A stretch of 64,000 bases of DNA from Patescibacteria group bacterium. Lineage in GTDB: Bacteria; Patescibacteriota; Patescibacteriia; SG8-24. The translations under genes were made by a program, and so were the position numbers. The notes under the pieces are model-generated. The model was given only the letters and a program-made list of their open reading frames with translations. It made no database searches and was not told the DNA's origin. The DNA lies in contig JBAYFM010000006.1 in assembly GCA_041667185.1 (NCBI GenBank), forward strand, positions 6,591 through 70,590. Direction: 5' to 3'. Positions 1 through 11,473 of the stretch are shown one piece after another; position 1 is the stretch's first letter; the number at the start of each line of letters is the position of its first letter.

Positions 1-213
1 GCCGTGGGAACTAGTGGCCCGGAGCGCCCAGACCCCCAAGTTGTAGGCCCGGGAGTAGTTGTCCAGATAGCCGCTGCGGCCGTCGGCCTCGAGCGCGAGC
101 CAGGGCACGAGCTGCCATTGCTCCTTTTGGGAGCGGGCGTACGCCCGGATGCTTTCAGCCAGGTCCGCTGTCGTTTTCTCAATGGCCTTTTTGGGGTCGA
201 TCTTTTTTGCCAT
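1..213 (-). CDS. Hypothetical protein, 5' part only (runs off the window); paralog of 457..975
   Basis: Translates MAKKIDPKKAIEKTTADLAESIRAYARSQKEQWQLVPWLALEADGRSGYLDNYSRAYNLGVWAL, nearly identical to the N-terminus of 457..975; GGAGG 5 nt before ATG. Confidence 0.75.
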   Translation of the reverse strand, partial: MAKKIDPKKAIEKTTADLAESIRAYARSQKEQWQLVPWLALEADGRSGYLDNYSRAYNLGVWALRATSSHG

Positions 214-327
214 CAGAGCCTCCGTGGTTGTCGAAAGAACGCCCTTTTCTTATCATGGCGCATTGGCCGGGTCAAGGCGGTTGCTCGCATATCAAAACGC
301 GGGCCGTTGCTAGCCAGCGTTTTCGCC

Positions 328-347
328 ACGTCGTTCGCGAACGACGT
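328..347. repeat. 20-bp perfect palindrome ACGTCGTTCGCGAACGACGT (REP-like), copy 1
   Basis: Identical copies at 1161, 17528 and 35874. Confidence 0.9.
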
Positions 348-456
348 AGCTCCGCATCTCCGTATTTCATACAAAAAAAGGCGCCAAGGGTTGGCGCCTG
401 CGGTTCAAAAGCGGATAGTCCTCTTCGATGTGAAAAAGACTGTCCCTTTTGCCTTA

Positions 457-975
457 TCAGAAGATGCTTGAGAGGTTGGCTGGGCCGCGCTGGTCGGCGG
501 TGTAGACCGGCTTCAGACCACGCTCCCGGCGGATCTTTTTGCGCCAGGCGGCCTGTTTAGCGGGGTCGTAGAACTTGTTGGTCGGTTTCTTGGATTTCCT
601 CTGGAGTCCCTTGATGATCGCGGCGGCGTCCAGTTCCTTGATGTGAGCGGCGAGAGCGAGCACCTCTCTGTCTGAGGCGGGAGTGGGCTTGCCTTGGTCC
701 CAGTGGAACATGCCGGCCCGGATCAGTTCGCCGGTCGCGAGGTCAACGTAGATGTTGTAGCCGCCGTCGGAGCGGCTCGCGTCGAGCGCCCAGACCCCCA
801 AGTTGTAGGCCCGGGAGTAGTTGTCCAGGTAGCCGCTGCGGCCGTCGGCCTCGAGTGCGAGCCAGGGCACGAGCCGCCACTGCTCCTTCTGGGAGCGGGC
901 GTACGCCCGGATGCTTTCAGCCAGGTCCGCTGTCGTTTTCTCAATGGCCTTTTTAGGGTCGATCTTTTTCGCCAT
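457..975 (-). CDS. Hypothetical protein (SD-led cassette gene)
   Basis: ORF 457..1008; start moved to ATG 975, which follows GGAGG; no family recognised. Confidence 0.75.
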   Translation of the reverse strand: MAKKIDPKKAIEKTTADLAESIRAYARSQKEQWRLVPWLALEADGRSGYLDNYSRAYNLGVWALDASRSDGGYNIYVDLATGELIRAGMFHWDQGKPTPASDREVLALAAHIKELDAAAIIKGLQRKSKKPTNKFYDPAKQAAWRKKIRRERGLKPVYTADQRGPANLSSIF

Positions 976-989
976 CAGAGCCTCCATGG

Positions 990-1037
990 TTGTCGAAAGA
1001 ACGCTCATTTCTTATCATGGCGCATTGGCCGGGTCAA
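990..1037 (-). promoter_or_regulatory. Sigma70-type promoter (TTGACC-17-TAAGAA) plus boxA-like GTTCTTTCGACAA
   Basis: -35 at 1032..1037, -10 at 1009..1014, motif at 990..1002; same signals in the duplicate at 228..275. Confidence 0.55.
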
Positions 1038-1080
1038 GGCGGTTGCTCGCATATCAAAACGCGGGCCGTTGCCAGCCCGC

Positions 1081-1233
1081 GTCTCTCCCTGATCCAATGA
1101 ACGGGAGAGTGCGGGAGTGCAGGAGTCGGGGAGACCCGACAAAAACTCCTACACTCCGCCACGTCGTTCGCGAACGACGTGACTCCGTCTCTTCGTCTCT
1201 CCCTGACTCCGTCTCTCCTAAACTTCCCAACTT
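1081..1233. repeat. Octamer-phased GGAG/CTCC intergenic repeat element with 20-bp palindrome at 1161..1180
   Basis: GGAGTGCG/GGAGTGCA arm, then CTCCGTCT/CTCCCTGA units. Confidence 0.8.
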
Positions 1234-1234
1234 T

Positions 1235-1780
1235 CTAAATCTTCTTCACTTGCAAGAAATCCAACTCCACCGGCGTCTCGCGGCCGAACATGGAGACGAG
1301 CACCTTGATTTTGCCGCGCGACTCGTCGATCTCGGCCACCTTGCCTTCGAAGCCCTTGAACGGGCCGTCGGTGATCTTGACCGGAGCGTTGACATCAATG
1401 TTGATCTTGTATTCCGGCTCGTTGACGCCCATCCGTTTCTGGATGGTCTTGATCTCCTCCTCGGAGATCGGAGTCGGCGTGTTGCCCGTGCCGATGAAGC
1501 CGGTCACGTTCGGCGTGTTGCGGACGACATACCAGGAGTCGTCGGTGACGATCATCTCGACCATGACGTAGCCGGGGAAAATCTTCTCCTCGACGATCTT
1601 GCGCTTGCCGTTCTTGATCTTGATCTTTTTTTCCTTGGGGATCAGGACGCCGAAGATCTTGTCCTGCATGTCCATGGACTCGATGCGCTGCTTGAGATTG
1701 TGGGCGACGTTCTCCTCGTAACCGGAGTAGGTGTGGATGGCGAACCAGCGTCGTCCGAGTTGTGATGTCTGTTTCGGCAT
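1235..1780 (-). CDS. nusG: Transcription termination/antitermination factor NusG
   Basis: WFAIHTYSGYE, FPGYVMVEM, KOW motif GPFKGFEG, MFGRETPVEL; follows secE. Confidence 0.97.
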   Translation of the reverse strand: MPKQTSQLGRRWFAIHTYSGYEENVAHNLKQRIESMDMQDKIFGVLIPKEKKIKIKNGKRKIVEEKIFPGYVMVEMIVTDDSWYVVRNTPNVTGFIGTGNTPTPISEEEIKTIQKRMGVNEPEYKINIDVNAPVKITDGPFKGFEGKVAEIDESRGKIKVLVSMFGRETPVELDFLQVKKI

Positions 1781-1834
1781 AGGGGCCGAGAGGCAATTGG
1801 CAGCTGCCAGCTAGCGCCGGCCGCGCCCAAAGGA

Positions 1835-2023
1835 CTAAATGTTAAGAACGCGGCGGAAGATGATGACCAGGGCGTAATCGATGACGCCGAAAAACACGGC
1901 GGTCGACAGGGAAATGCCGATGACGACCAAGGTGTCCTTGACGACGTGGCTGCGAGTCGGCCAGGTGACCTTCGTGAGCTCGGCCCGCGATTCCTTTATA
2001 TAAGCGATGAGAGGATTGGCCAT
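1835..2023 (-). CDS. secE: Preprotein translocase subunit SecE
   Basis: ELTKVTWPT motif plus one TM helix; upstream of nusG. Confidence 0.95.
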   Translation of the reverse strand: MANPLIAYIKESRAELTKVTWPTRSHVVKDTLVVIGISLSTAVFFGVIDYALVIIFRRVLNI

Positions 2024-2224
2024 AGTGAGCCAAATTTCAGGTTCTTAAAACCGCCCCGGGGGCGGTATATAGATTGATATGCCGACTATAGCGCAGAAAC
2101 TGCGGGTTGGCAAGTGGGACGCTGTTTTGCCGGCCAGCGCCGACTTCAGCCCGGCCACAAGCCCAGTTGCGCTGTTTGCGCCCAGGGTGTTAAGTAGGGG
2201 CGGACCCAGACAAAGGAGAGTCCT

Positions 2225-2941
2225 ATGTATGGGGAGAACCTTTTACTTCGACTCATCCCGCTGTGGATACTCGCCGCGGTCGTGTCGATCGCGGTCATGC
2301 TGCTGCTCCGTCGCTTTCGCGGCGGCCGCGGCCTCAGAACCGCGACCGTCGTCATCTGGTCGCTCGCGGCGGCTGGCTACGGCGGCACGATCCTGGCCGA
2401 TCGCACCGGTATTTCCGCTTTGCCCGTCACGATCATCATTTCTGATTCTTGGTCCGAGGTCGAGAGGATCGAGATCATCGCGGCCGCGGATTATTGGAAC
2501 GGACTGGTCCTGGAGATGACCGGCCGTCCGGCTTTCATCCTGCGGCGCGGCGCCGCCGGTTATCAGCCGGATCGTTTCTATCTGGCCCCGGTCTTCGGAT
2601 CCAAGCCGTGCGATGGTTTGAACGTGGTCGCTCCGGATGACTCCGATCCGGCCAGTTCCGGCGAGGGCGTGGATGGCATAGGACGTTTCATCGCCTGCGG
2701 CTGGCATTGGCCGGGCGGCGACGTCATCGTTTGGCGCCGCCAGGTCTGGTTCGGTGATGAGTTGGATCATTGCGATCTGAACCGGATCGTTCGCCACGAA
2801 CTCGGCCATATGCTGGGGCTGTCTCACTATGGCGAGGAGGGTCGTTCGACCATGGCGTCGGTCGTTCGTTGCGGTACGGATGAAGCGGCTCTGCGCCGCT
2901 ATGACCGCGTCCTGCTGGAACAGCTCTTTTACGGCCGCTGA
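2225..2941 (+). CDS. Membrane-anchored matrixin-like (metzincin) zinc metallopeptidase
   Basis: HELGHMLGLSH followed by STM Met-turn; two N-terminal TM segments; AAGGAG SD. Confidence 0.75.
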   Translation: MYGENLLLRLIPLWILAAVVSIAVMLLLRRFRGGRGLRTATVVIWSLAAAGYGGTILADRTGISALPVTIIISDSWSEVERIEIIAAADYWNGLVLEMTGRPAFILRRGAAGYQPDRFYLAPVFGSKPCDGLNVVAPDDSDPASSGEGVDGIGRFIACGWHWPGGDVIVWRRQVWFGDELDHCDLNRIVRHELGHMLGLSHYGEEGRSTMASVVRCGTDEAALRRYDRVLLEQLFYGR

Positions 2942-2946
2942 ATCTT

Positions 2947-2979
2947 AAGACCGCACTCTTTGGAGGGCGGTCTTTTTTT
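2947..2979 (+). terminator. Intrinsic terminator
   Basis: AAGACCGC...GCGGTCTT stem with T-run. Confidence 0.7.
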
Positions 2980-3033
2980 GTTTCGCGGTCGGACGGCTCG
3001 GTCGCCGGAGCGGTCGCTTCTTAATACCGAAGA

Positions 3034-4107
3034 TTAGCTGGCTGCCCCGTCTGCGGCGGGGGAGTCTTTTTTGACTTTCAATATGAGTTGACCGCACGCC
3101 GCGGCGATGTCCGTGCCCATGGAGCGCCGGCGCGTGGCGTCGATCCCGGCGCGTTCCAGGGCGGCCAGAAAATCCTGCGTCGCCGTCTCGTCGGAACCAG
3201 TGAAGCCGGAGTCGGTCGCATTGTAGGGGATGAGGTTCACCCGGGCCCGGCCGGACGCGCGCACGAAAGCAGTCAGAAGTTCGGCGTGTCGCGGCGTGTC
3301 GTTGACGCCGGCGAGCAGGAGGTATTCGAAAGTCACGTGCCGACGCCGGCCGCCTTTTTCCTGGAGATAGCGGTTCGACCAGGCGGCCAGCCGTCCGAGG
3401 AAGCCTTCGTATGAGGTCGGCATGATCTCGCGGCGCGTCACGGGGTCGGCGCTGTGCAGGGAGATGGCGAGACGCACCGGCGGCCAGTCTTGGTCGCCGA
3501 GGAGCGCTTCGAGCTGCGGCAGGAGCCCGACGCTCGAGACAGTGATGTGGGTGGGGCCGACGTCCGTCCGCTCAAGGAGCGTCCGGATCGCCGCTTTGAC
3601 GTTGTCATAATTCGCCATCGGTTCGCCCATGCCCATGAAGACCAGGTTGCTGATCCGTCCGGCTTGTTCCGTGTGTTCCGCCAGGTGGCGTTTCCAGAAG
3701 CGGTACTGGTCGACGATCTCGTCGGCGGTCAGATTGCGCTGGAGCCCCATCCGGCCGGTGGCGCAGAACGTGCAGCGCATGGCGCAGCCGACCTGCGAGG
3801 AGACGCAGATCGTCCAGGCGCCGCGGCGGTTGCGCATGAGCACGGTCTCGATGCATTGTCCGTCCGTCAGTTTCAGGGCCGCTTTGTGGGTCTCGTTGTC
3901 GCCGCTTCCGACGATGGTCGCGTCGACATAGGATGTCCAGGGAGTGTTTTCGGCCAAAGTTTGCCGCAGGCCGGCCGGCAGGGAAGTGGCGTTGTTCCAG
4001 CTGTTCCAGCCATCCTGAAACAAGGCCGAGCCGATCTGCTTCCAGCGGAAAGCCGGCTCGTCCGGGAAATTTTTTCTGAAGAGTTCTTCGCGGGTCAGTG
4101 GCATCAT
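3034..4107 (-). CDS. rlmN: Radical SAM rRNA/tRNA methyltransferase RlmN
   Basis: CVSSQVGCAMRCTFCATG, FMGMGEP, ISLHS, DIAAACGQL. Confidence 0.92.
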   Translation of the reverse strand: MMPLTREELFRKNFPDEPAFRWKQIGSALFQDGWNSWNNATSLPAGLRQTLAENTPWTSYVDATIVGSGDNETHKAALKLTDGQCIETVLMRNRRGAWTICVSSQVGCAMRCTFCATGRMGLQRNLTADEIVDQYRFWKRHLAEHTEQAGRISNLVFMGMGEPMANYDNVKAAIRTLLERTDVGPTHITVSSVGLLPQLEALLGDQDWPPVRLAISLHSADPVTRREIMPTSYEGFLGRLAAWSNRYLQEKGGRRRHVTFEYLLLAGVNDTPRHAELLTAFVRASGRARVNLIPYNATDSGFTGSDETATQDFLAALERAGIDATRRRSMGTDIAAACGQLILKVKKDSPAADGAAS

Positions 4108-4191
4108 AGGTCAGCGCGTCTCATCTAATACTATCAGGGAATTGCGCGCAATACTAAACCGCCCCTTGCGGGGCGGTTTTTCGGCTGTCAG

Positions 4192-4881
4192 CTAGAGCGT
4201 GGCGTCGGCGCCTTCGGTGGTGTAGTCGCCGGAATTGCCGCTGGCCTTGCAGGTCTTGCGATCGGCATAGAACTGCTTCCAAGTGGCGTTCTTTTCGCTC
4301 TTGAAAGTCTTGTTGGCCTGGCGGAGTGAAGTCTGGTAGGCGGACCAGGCAGCCTTGGCCGCGGCGCGGCGTTCCTTGAGATCGACGATCTTCCAGGCTG
4401 CGACGAGCGCGGTCTTGCGGGCCTCGAGCGCGGCTTTGTGGGCGTTGTAGCGGGTCTCGATGGATTTGAGGAGAGCGGTTTCGCGGCTGGCGACGGCGGT
4501 CTGCATGCAGGCGATCATCGCGGCGTTCGCGGCTTCAGCCTCCAGGCGCTTTTTTTCCTTGAGCTGTTCCCGTTCCTTTTTCAGCTGTTCGCGGAGCTTC
4601 TCTTTTTCTTCCTTGATCCGTTCGCGTTCGGTTTTAGCTTTCTCTTTCCAGTCGTCATCATCATGGTCGTTGACGTTGGAATTGACGTTAGTGTTCGCGT
4701 TGGTGTTTGTGTTGGAGTTTGAGTTGCTGTTGGTGTTCGTATTCGTGTTTGCGTTCGTGTTGACGTTGACGTTCGAATTGGAATTCGAGTTGTCGTTGGT
4801 CTCGGTCGCAAGGACCGGGAGGGCCAGGGTCGAGGCCATGAGCGAGGCCAGGACGGCCGTGCCGAGGTAGCGTTTGAACAT
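4192..4881 (-). CDS. Secreted protein with Asn/Thr low-complexity linker and coiled coil
   Basis: Signal peptide, (NT/NS)n tract, charged helical C-terminus with two Cys. Confidence 0.75.
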   Translation of the reverse strand: MFKRYLGTAVLASLMASTLALPVLATETNDNSNSNSNVNVNTNANTNTNTNSNSNSNTNTNANTNVNSNVNDHDDDDWKEKAKTERERIKEEKEKLREQLKKEREQLKEKKRLEAEAANAAMIACMQTAVASRETALLKSIETRYNAHKAALEARKTALVAAWKIVDLKERRAAAKAAWSAYQTSLRQANKTFKSEKNATWKQFYADRKTCKASGNSGDYTTEGADATL

Positions 4882-5015
4882 AGTTTATGGGCGCTTGATT
4901 AGCGTTAATTTAATAAGGCGCTTAATAGCATAATATATGACGCCGTTCGTGGCAAAATCTTACAGGTTCAAAAAGACGCCGGCTGGAGCCCGGCGCCTTT
5001 TTATCGTGTGATTCG

Positions 5016-7668
<2,653 letters not shown>

Positions 7669-7844
7669 GGCATCCTCCTGTTGGTTTTGCGGCGTTGAAC
7701 CGCTGGAACTCGAGCTGAGCTATTATATAAAGAACCGGTATCCGCACCTTGCCCGCCGCAGCCGCCTTTGTCAAACGCCGGCTGCACCTGCCAAAGATCG
7801 GGAAATCTGATATCATTTGAGCTGTCCTAAAAAGTACGCGGCCT

Positions 7845-8726
7845 ATGGCTTTCGATCCGACCCGGGAAGGACAATTGACCGAGGATCAGCTCAAGTGGGG
7901 CTACTGGTGGGTCACGCACAAAGTGCAGGTCCGCAAGATCTTCGCGATCGCGCTGGTGGTTTTGGATGTCGCGCTGGTCGGTTACGGCAGCTTCGGTTTC
8001 ATTGACTGGTTCTTCTTGTCCGGGGCCAGGGAGCGGCAGGAGATCGGGCTCCTGGCCGAGACGGTGACTGATTTTCCTTACTTTCACGCCCGGTTCGCGC
8101 CGCGGGAGCTGGCTATCGAGGGCACGTCGGTCCTCGAGGCAGGGGAGGGTAGTTATGATCTGGCGACCAGGGTCGCGAATCCGAATCCGCAGTGGTGGGC
8201 GAATTTCAATTATCAGTTCCTGTCCGGCAGCGAGCCGCTGGGTGCGTTGCAGCGCGGCTACATCCTGCCTGGCGAGGTCAAATATCTTTCCGGCCTGGGG
8301 ACCAAAGCGGCGAGTTTTCCGAGCGGCGCCGAGGTCGCGATCACTGATCTGGTCTGGCATCGGGTGAACAATCATATTGTTCGTCCGGATTACGCCGTCT
8401 GGTCGGCCGCCCGTCTGAATTTCCTGCTCTCGGACATCAAGTTCCAGGCTCCGGATCCGTCCGATCAGCTGAAGGTCAGCCGGGCGTCATTCACTCTGAA
8501 GAACGATTCCGGTTACGGTTATTGGAAGGTCGGTTTTTTCGTCGCGCTGCTGCGGGGCGAGCAGGTGGTCGCGGCTAACTACGTCACTGTGAGCGAGTTG
8601 CGCGCTGGCGACGTGCGGCCGGTCGAGGCTAGTTGGTTCTCCGATCTGCCGCCGGTCGACCGGGTCGAGATCACGCCCGAGGTCAACCTGTTTGATGACC
8701 GGGTTTTCATCCCGCCGGGACAATGA
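7845..8726 (+). CDS. Hypothetical membrane-anchored protein with beta-rich extracellular part
   Basis: 293 aa, single N-terminal TM, Ig-like character. Confidence 0.75.
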   Translation: MAFDPTREGQLTEDQLKWGYWWVTHKVQVRKIFAIALVVLDVALVGYGSFGFIDWFFLSGARERQEIGLLAETVTDFPYFHARFAPRELAIEGTSVLEAGEGSYDLATRVANPNPQWWANFNYQFLSGSEPLGALQRGYILPGEVKYLSGLGTKAASFPSGAEVAITDLVWHRVNNHIVRPDYAVWSAARLNFLLSDIKFQAPDPSDQLKVSRASFTLKNDSGYGYWKVGFFVALLRGEQVVAANYVTVSELRAGDVRPVEASWFSDLPPVDRVEITPEVNLFDDRVFIPPGQ

Positions 8727-8871
8727 ACTGTCGCAAGGTTCACTTATCGGCGCGACTGGTGTAAAAAGAGCTGGTCCAGCTCTGTTTTTATTGAGTTCCG
8801 CTCGGCTGTGGGACCGAGCTCAGCTCGGTCTGAAAAGATGACGGCGAAGCCCGGCTTCGCATTCTCTTTAT

Positions 8872-9975
8872 ATGAATAGATTGACGGCGATATTCAGGCG
8901 GTTCGATTGGGTCCTGTTCGGGTCGGCTTTAGCGCTCACGATCTTCGGACTCGCGGTGCTTTATAGTACCTCGCTCGGCACGGGAGCCGCGGCCGGCGAG
9001 TTCGCCAATTTCCGCAAGCAGCTGGCGTTCGCCGGCGTCGGCGCGGCCGTGGCAGTGGCTTTCACCCTCGTCAATTACCGCTACCTGTCGAACTTTTCTA
9101 AGGTCCTGTACGTCGTTTCCGTCCTGTTGCTCATGGCCGTCCTGATCATGGGCCAGACGACGCGCGGCGCCCGGAGCTGGTTCGGTTTCGGCGGTTTCGG
9201 CATCCAGCCCGTGGAATTCGTGAAACTTTTCCTGGTGGTCTTCCTGGCCAAGTTCTTCAGCGACTACGCGCGCGACCATCGGCCGTTCCTGCCGATCGCC
9301 GGTTCCGGCCTCGCTTTCGGCGCGCTGTTCTGCCTGGTCGCGATCCAGCCGGATTTCGGTTCAGCCTTCCTGCTCGGCATCATTTGGTTCTCCATGCTGC
9401 TCATCGCCGGGGTCAAACGGTCGCACCTGCTCGCACTCGCGATCTTCGCGGCCGTCGTCGCAGCGACCGCCTGGCTCCTCGTCCTGCAGCCGTATCAGAA
9501 AGACCGCGTCCTGGCCTTCCTCGATCCCGGTCGCGATCCGCTCGGCCGCGGCTACAACGTCACCCAGTCGGTGATCGCCGTCGGCTCCGGCGGCTTCTTC
9601 GGCCGCGGTCTCGGCTACGGCTCGCAGAGCCAGCTGCACTTCCTGCCGGAGCGCCAGACTGATTTCATTTTCGCGGCCACGGCCGAAGAGCTCGGCTTCC
9701 TCGGCGTGCTGCTCGTCTGCGGCCTGTTCGCGATCATCTTCTACCGGTGTTTCATCCTGGCGAAGAACGCGCGCGACGATTTCTCGCTGTTCCTGGTCCT
9801 CGGCATCGCGATCTCGCTCGCCGCCGAGGTCGCGGTCAACGTCGGCGGCAACCTGCGGCTCATGCCGGTCACGGGCATCACCCTGCCGTTCCTGAGCTAC
9901 GGCGGCAGTTCGCTCCTCGCGAAATTCTTGACGCTCGGCGTCCTCGAATCCGTCGCCGTCCGCAGCGCGCGCTGA
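8872..9975 (+). CDS. rodA: Rod shape-determining protein RodA (SEDS family)
   Basis: GARSWF, IQPVEFVK, QPDFGSA, GYNVTQSVIAVGSGG, LPERQTDFIF, GITLPFLSYGGSS. Confidence 0.9.
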   Translation: MNRLTAIFRRFDWVLFGSALALTIFGLAVLYSTSLGTGAAAGEFANFRKQLAFAGVGAAVAVAFTLVNYRYLSNFSKVLYVVSVLLLMAVLIMGQTTRGARSWFGFGGFGIQPVEFVKLFLVVFLAKFFSDYARDHRPFLPIAGSGLAFGALFCLVAIQPDFGSAFLLGIIWFSMLLIAGVKRSHLLALAIFAAVVAATAWLLVLQPYQKDRVLAFLDPGRDPLGRGYNVTQSVIAVGSGGFFGRGLGYGSQSQLHFLPERQTDFIFAATAEELGFLGVLLVCGLFAIIFYRCFILAKNARDDFSLFLVLGIAISLAAEVAVNVGGNLRLMPVTGITLPFLSYGGSSLLAKFLTLGVLESVAVRSAR

Positions 9976-10094
9976 GCCTCCGGCCTGTGCATAAACCGGG
10001 ATTGAAAGGGGGCTGAAAAAATGCTAAAATATCAACAGGGATGCGGATGACCCGCGGCCCTGAAAATAAAAAGTCGGCCAGTAAAACCAAAAAT

Positions 10095-10451
10095 ATGGCT
10101 TTTCAACAGCCCGCGGCCCGTCCTTCGCAATTTTACGATGAAGGGATCAAACTGATCTCCTACTGTCCGTTATGCGAGGCCAGTTACAATCCGCATGAGA
10201 CCAAAGTGCTGGGCGAGAAAGAGGATAGCCATCTGCTGCACATCCAATGCGGCAACTGCCGCAACGCCATCCTCGCGCTCGTCCTGATCTCGGCCGTGGG
10301 CGTGAGTTCCGTCGGTCTCGTGACCGATCTCAGCGGCGACGAGGTCGACCGTTTCAAATCCGGGCGCGCCGTTTCCACGGACGACGTCATTGATACCCAC
10401 CACTTGCTGCGCGACGAGGACGAGATGTTCCGCCGCCTGGCCATGGCCTGA
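10095..10451 (+). CDS. Hypothetical zinc-ribbon protein
   Basis: CPLC...HIQCGNC, then GLVTDLS and DDVIDTH. Confidence 0.7.
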   Translation: MAFQQPAARPSQFYDEGIKLISYCPLCEASYNPHETKVLGEKEDSHLLHIQCGNCRNAILALVLISAVGVSSVGLVTDLSGDEVDRFKSGRAVSTDDVIDTHHLLRDEDEMFRRLAMA

Positions 10452-10693
10452 TCGACCAATAGCCAACAAGCCGCCCTCGGGCGGTTTTTTGACTGGTCAG
10501 TTTTTCTGTTCATCGCGGATGAATTGTTCCAACTTGACGATCTTCAAAACCAGTCAACAGCCGCCAGCCGGCCGCCGTTAACCCAAAAGCCGGCGAGACT
10601 CTTGCGTGTTTCGGAAAAACAGTGTAAACAATTAGGAATGCGAATTCCTTTTTTTTTATTTTTCATTCAGCTTGGAATAAGCTCTGAACAGCT

Positions 10694-11383
10694 ATGGAAA
10701 CAGTGAAGTTGGCGGTCAAAGGCCGGTCGGTCAAAGGAAAACAGGTGAAGACGCTGCGGACGGCCGGCGTCATTCCCGCGGTCGTTTACGGCCACGGCGT
10801 CGATTCGCGCCCGGTCGAAGTCGATTACAAGATCTTCGAGAAGGTGCTGGATCAAGCCGGCGAATCCACGCTCGTCGACCTCGTGATCGACGGCGGCGAA
10901 ACGGTGAAGGTCCTGATCCAGGACGTCCAGCGCGATCCGCTCAAGGACACTATCACGCACGTCGACCTACGCCAGGTCCGCATGACCGAGAAGCTCGATG
11001 TCGACATCGAGATCAACTTCATCGGCGAGGCTCCGGCCGTCAAGGAATCCGGCGCCATCCTGGTCCGCAGCATGAGCGTCATCGCCGCCCGCTGTTTGCC
11101 GGGCGACCTGGTCCACGCCATCGACGTCGATCTGACCGGCATGAAGAAGATCGGCGACATCATCAAGGTCAAGGATCTGGCGGCCCTCAAGGGCATCGAG
11201 TTCATGGCCAACCCGAACGAGGTCATCGCGGTCGTCAACGAGCCGATCTCGGAGGCTGAGCTCAAGGCTATGGAGGCCAAGCCGGTCGAGGATGTCAGCG
11301 CCGTGAAGGTCGAGGCTGATGAGAAGAAGGCCGCGGCTGCCGCCGAGGAACCGGCCGAGGACAAGAAAGAAAAGAAGAAGTAA
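10694..11383 (+). CDS. rplY: 50S ribosomal protein bL25/Ctc (long form)
   Basis: LRTAGVIPAVVYG, VQRDP...HVDL, C-terminal beta domain and charged tail. Confidence 0.93.
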   Translation: METVKLAVKGRSVKGKQVKTLRTAGVIPAVVYGHGVDSRPVEVDYKIFEKVLDQAGESTLVDLVIDGGETVKVLIQDVQRDPLKDTITHVDLRQVRMTEKLDVDIEINFIGEAPAVKESGAILVRSMSVIAARCLPGDLVHAIDVDLTGMKKIGDIIKVKDLAALKGIEFMANPNEVIAVVNEPISEAELKAMEAKPVEDVSAVKVEADEKKAAAAAEEPAEDKKEKKK

Positions 11384-11473
11384 GGCCGGCGCGATCGGTT
11401 GTTCACGCGGCGCCCCGCAAGTGTTAAAGTGAAGGGGCCAGCAGGCCGGGTTTCCGGCCGTGATCCCGCCAAT

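Larger units (their letters stand above)
22..1078. repeat. Direct duplication (about 22..316 vs 784..1078, offset 762 bp) covering promoter, leader and 5' part of gene
   Basis: Near-identical sequence with scattered substitutions seen by direct comparison. Confidence 0.9.

Noticed and set aside
1-1078. Diversity-generating retroelement TR/VR pair
   Set aside because: Differences are not confined to adenines, the repeat includes the promoter and 5' end, and no reverse transcriptase is seen
2024-2150. tRNA-Trp often found upstream of secE
   Set aside because: No cloverleaf or T-arm GTTCRA on either strand
4670-4800. Asn/Thr-coding hexamer repeat as a DNA repeat element
   Set aside because: In-frame low-complexity protein linker with varied synonymous codons
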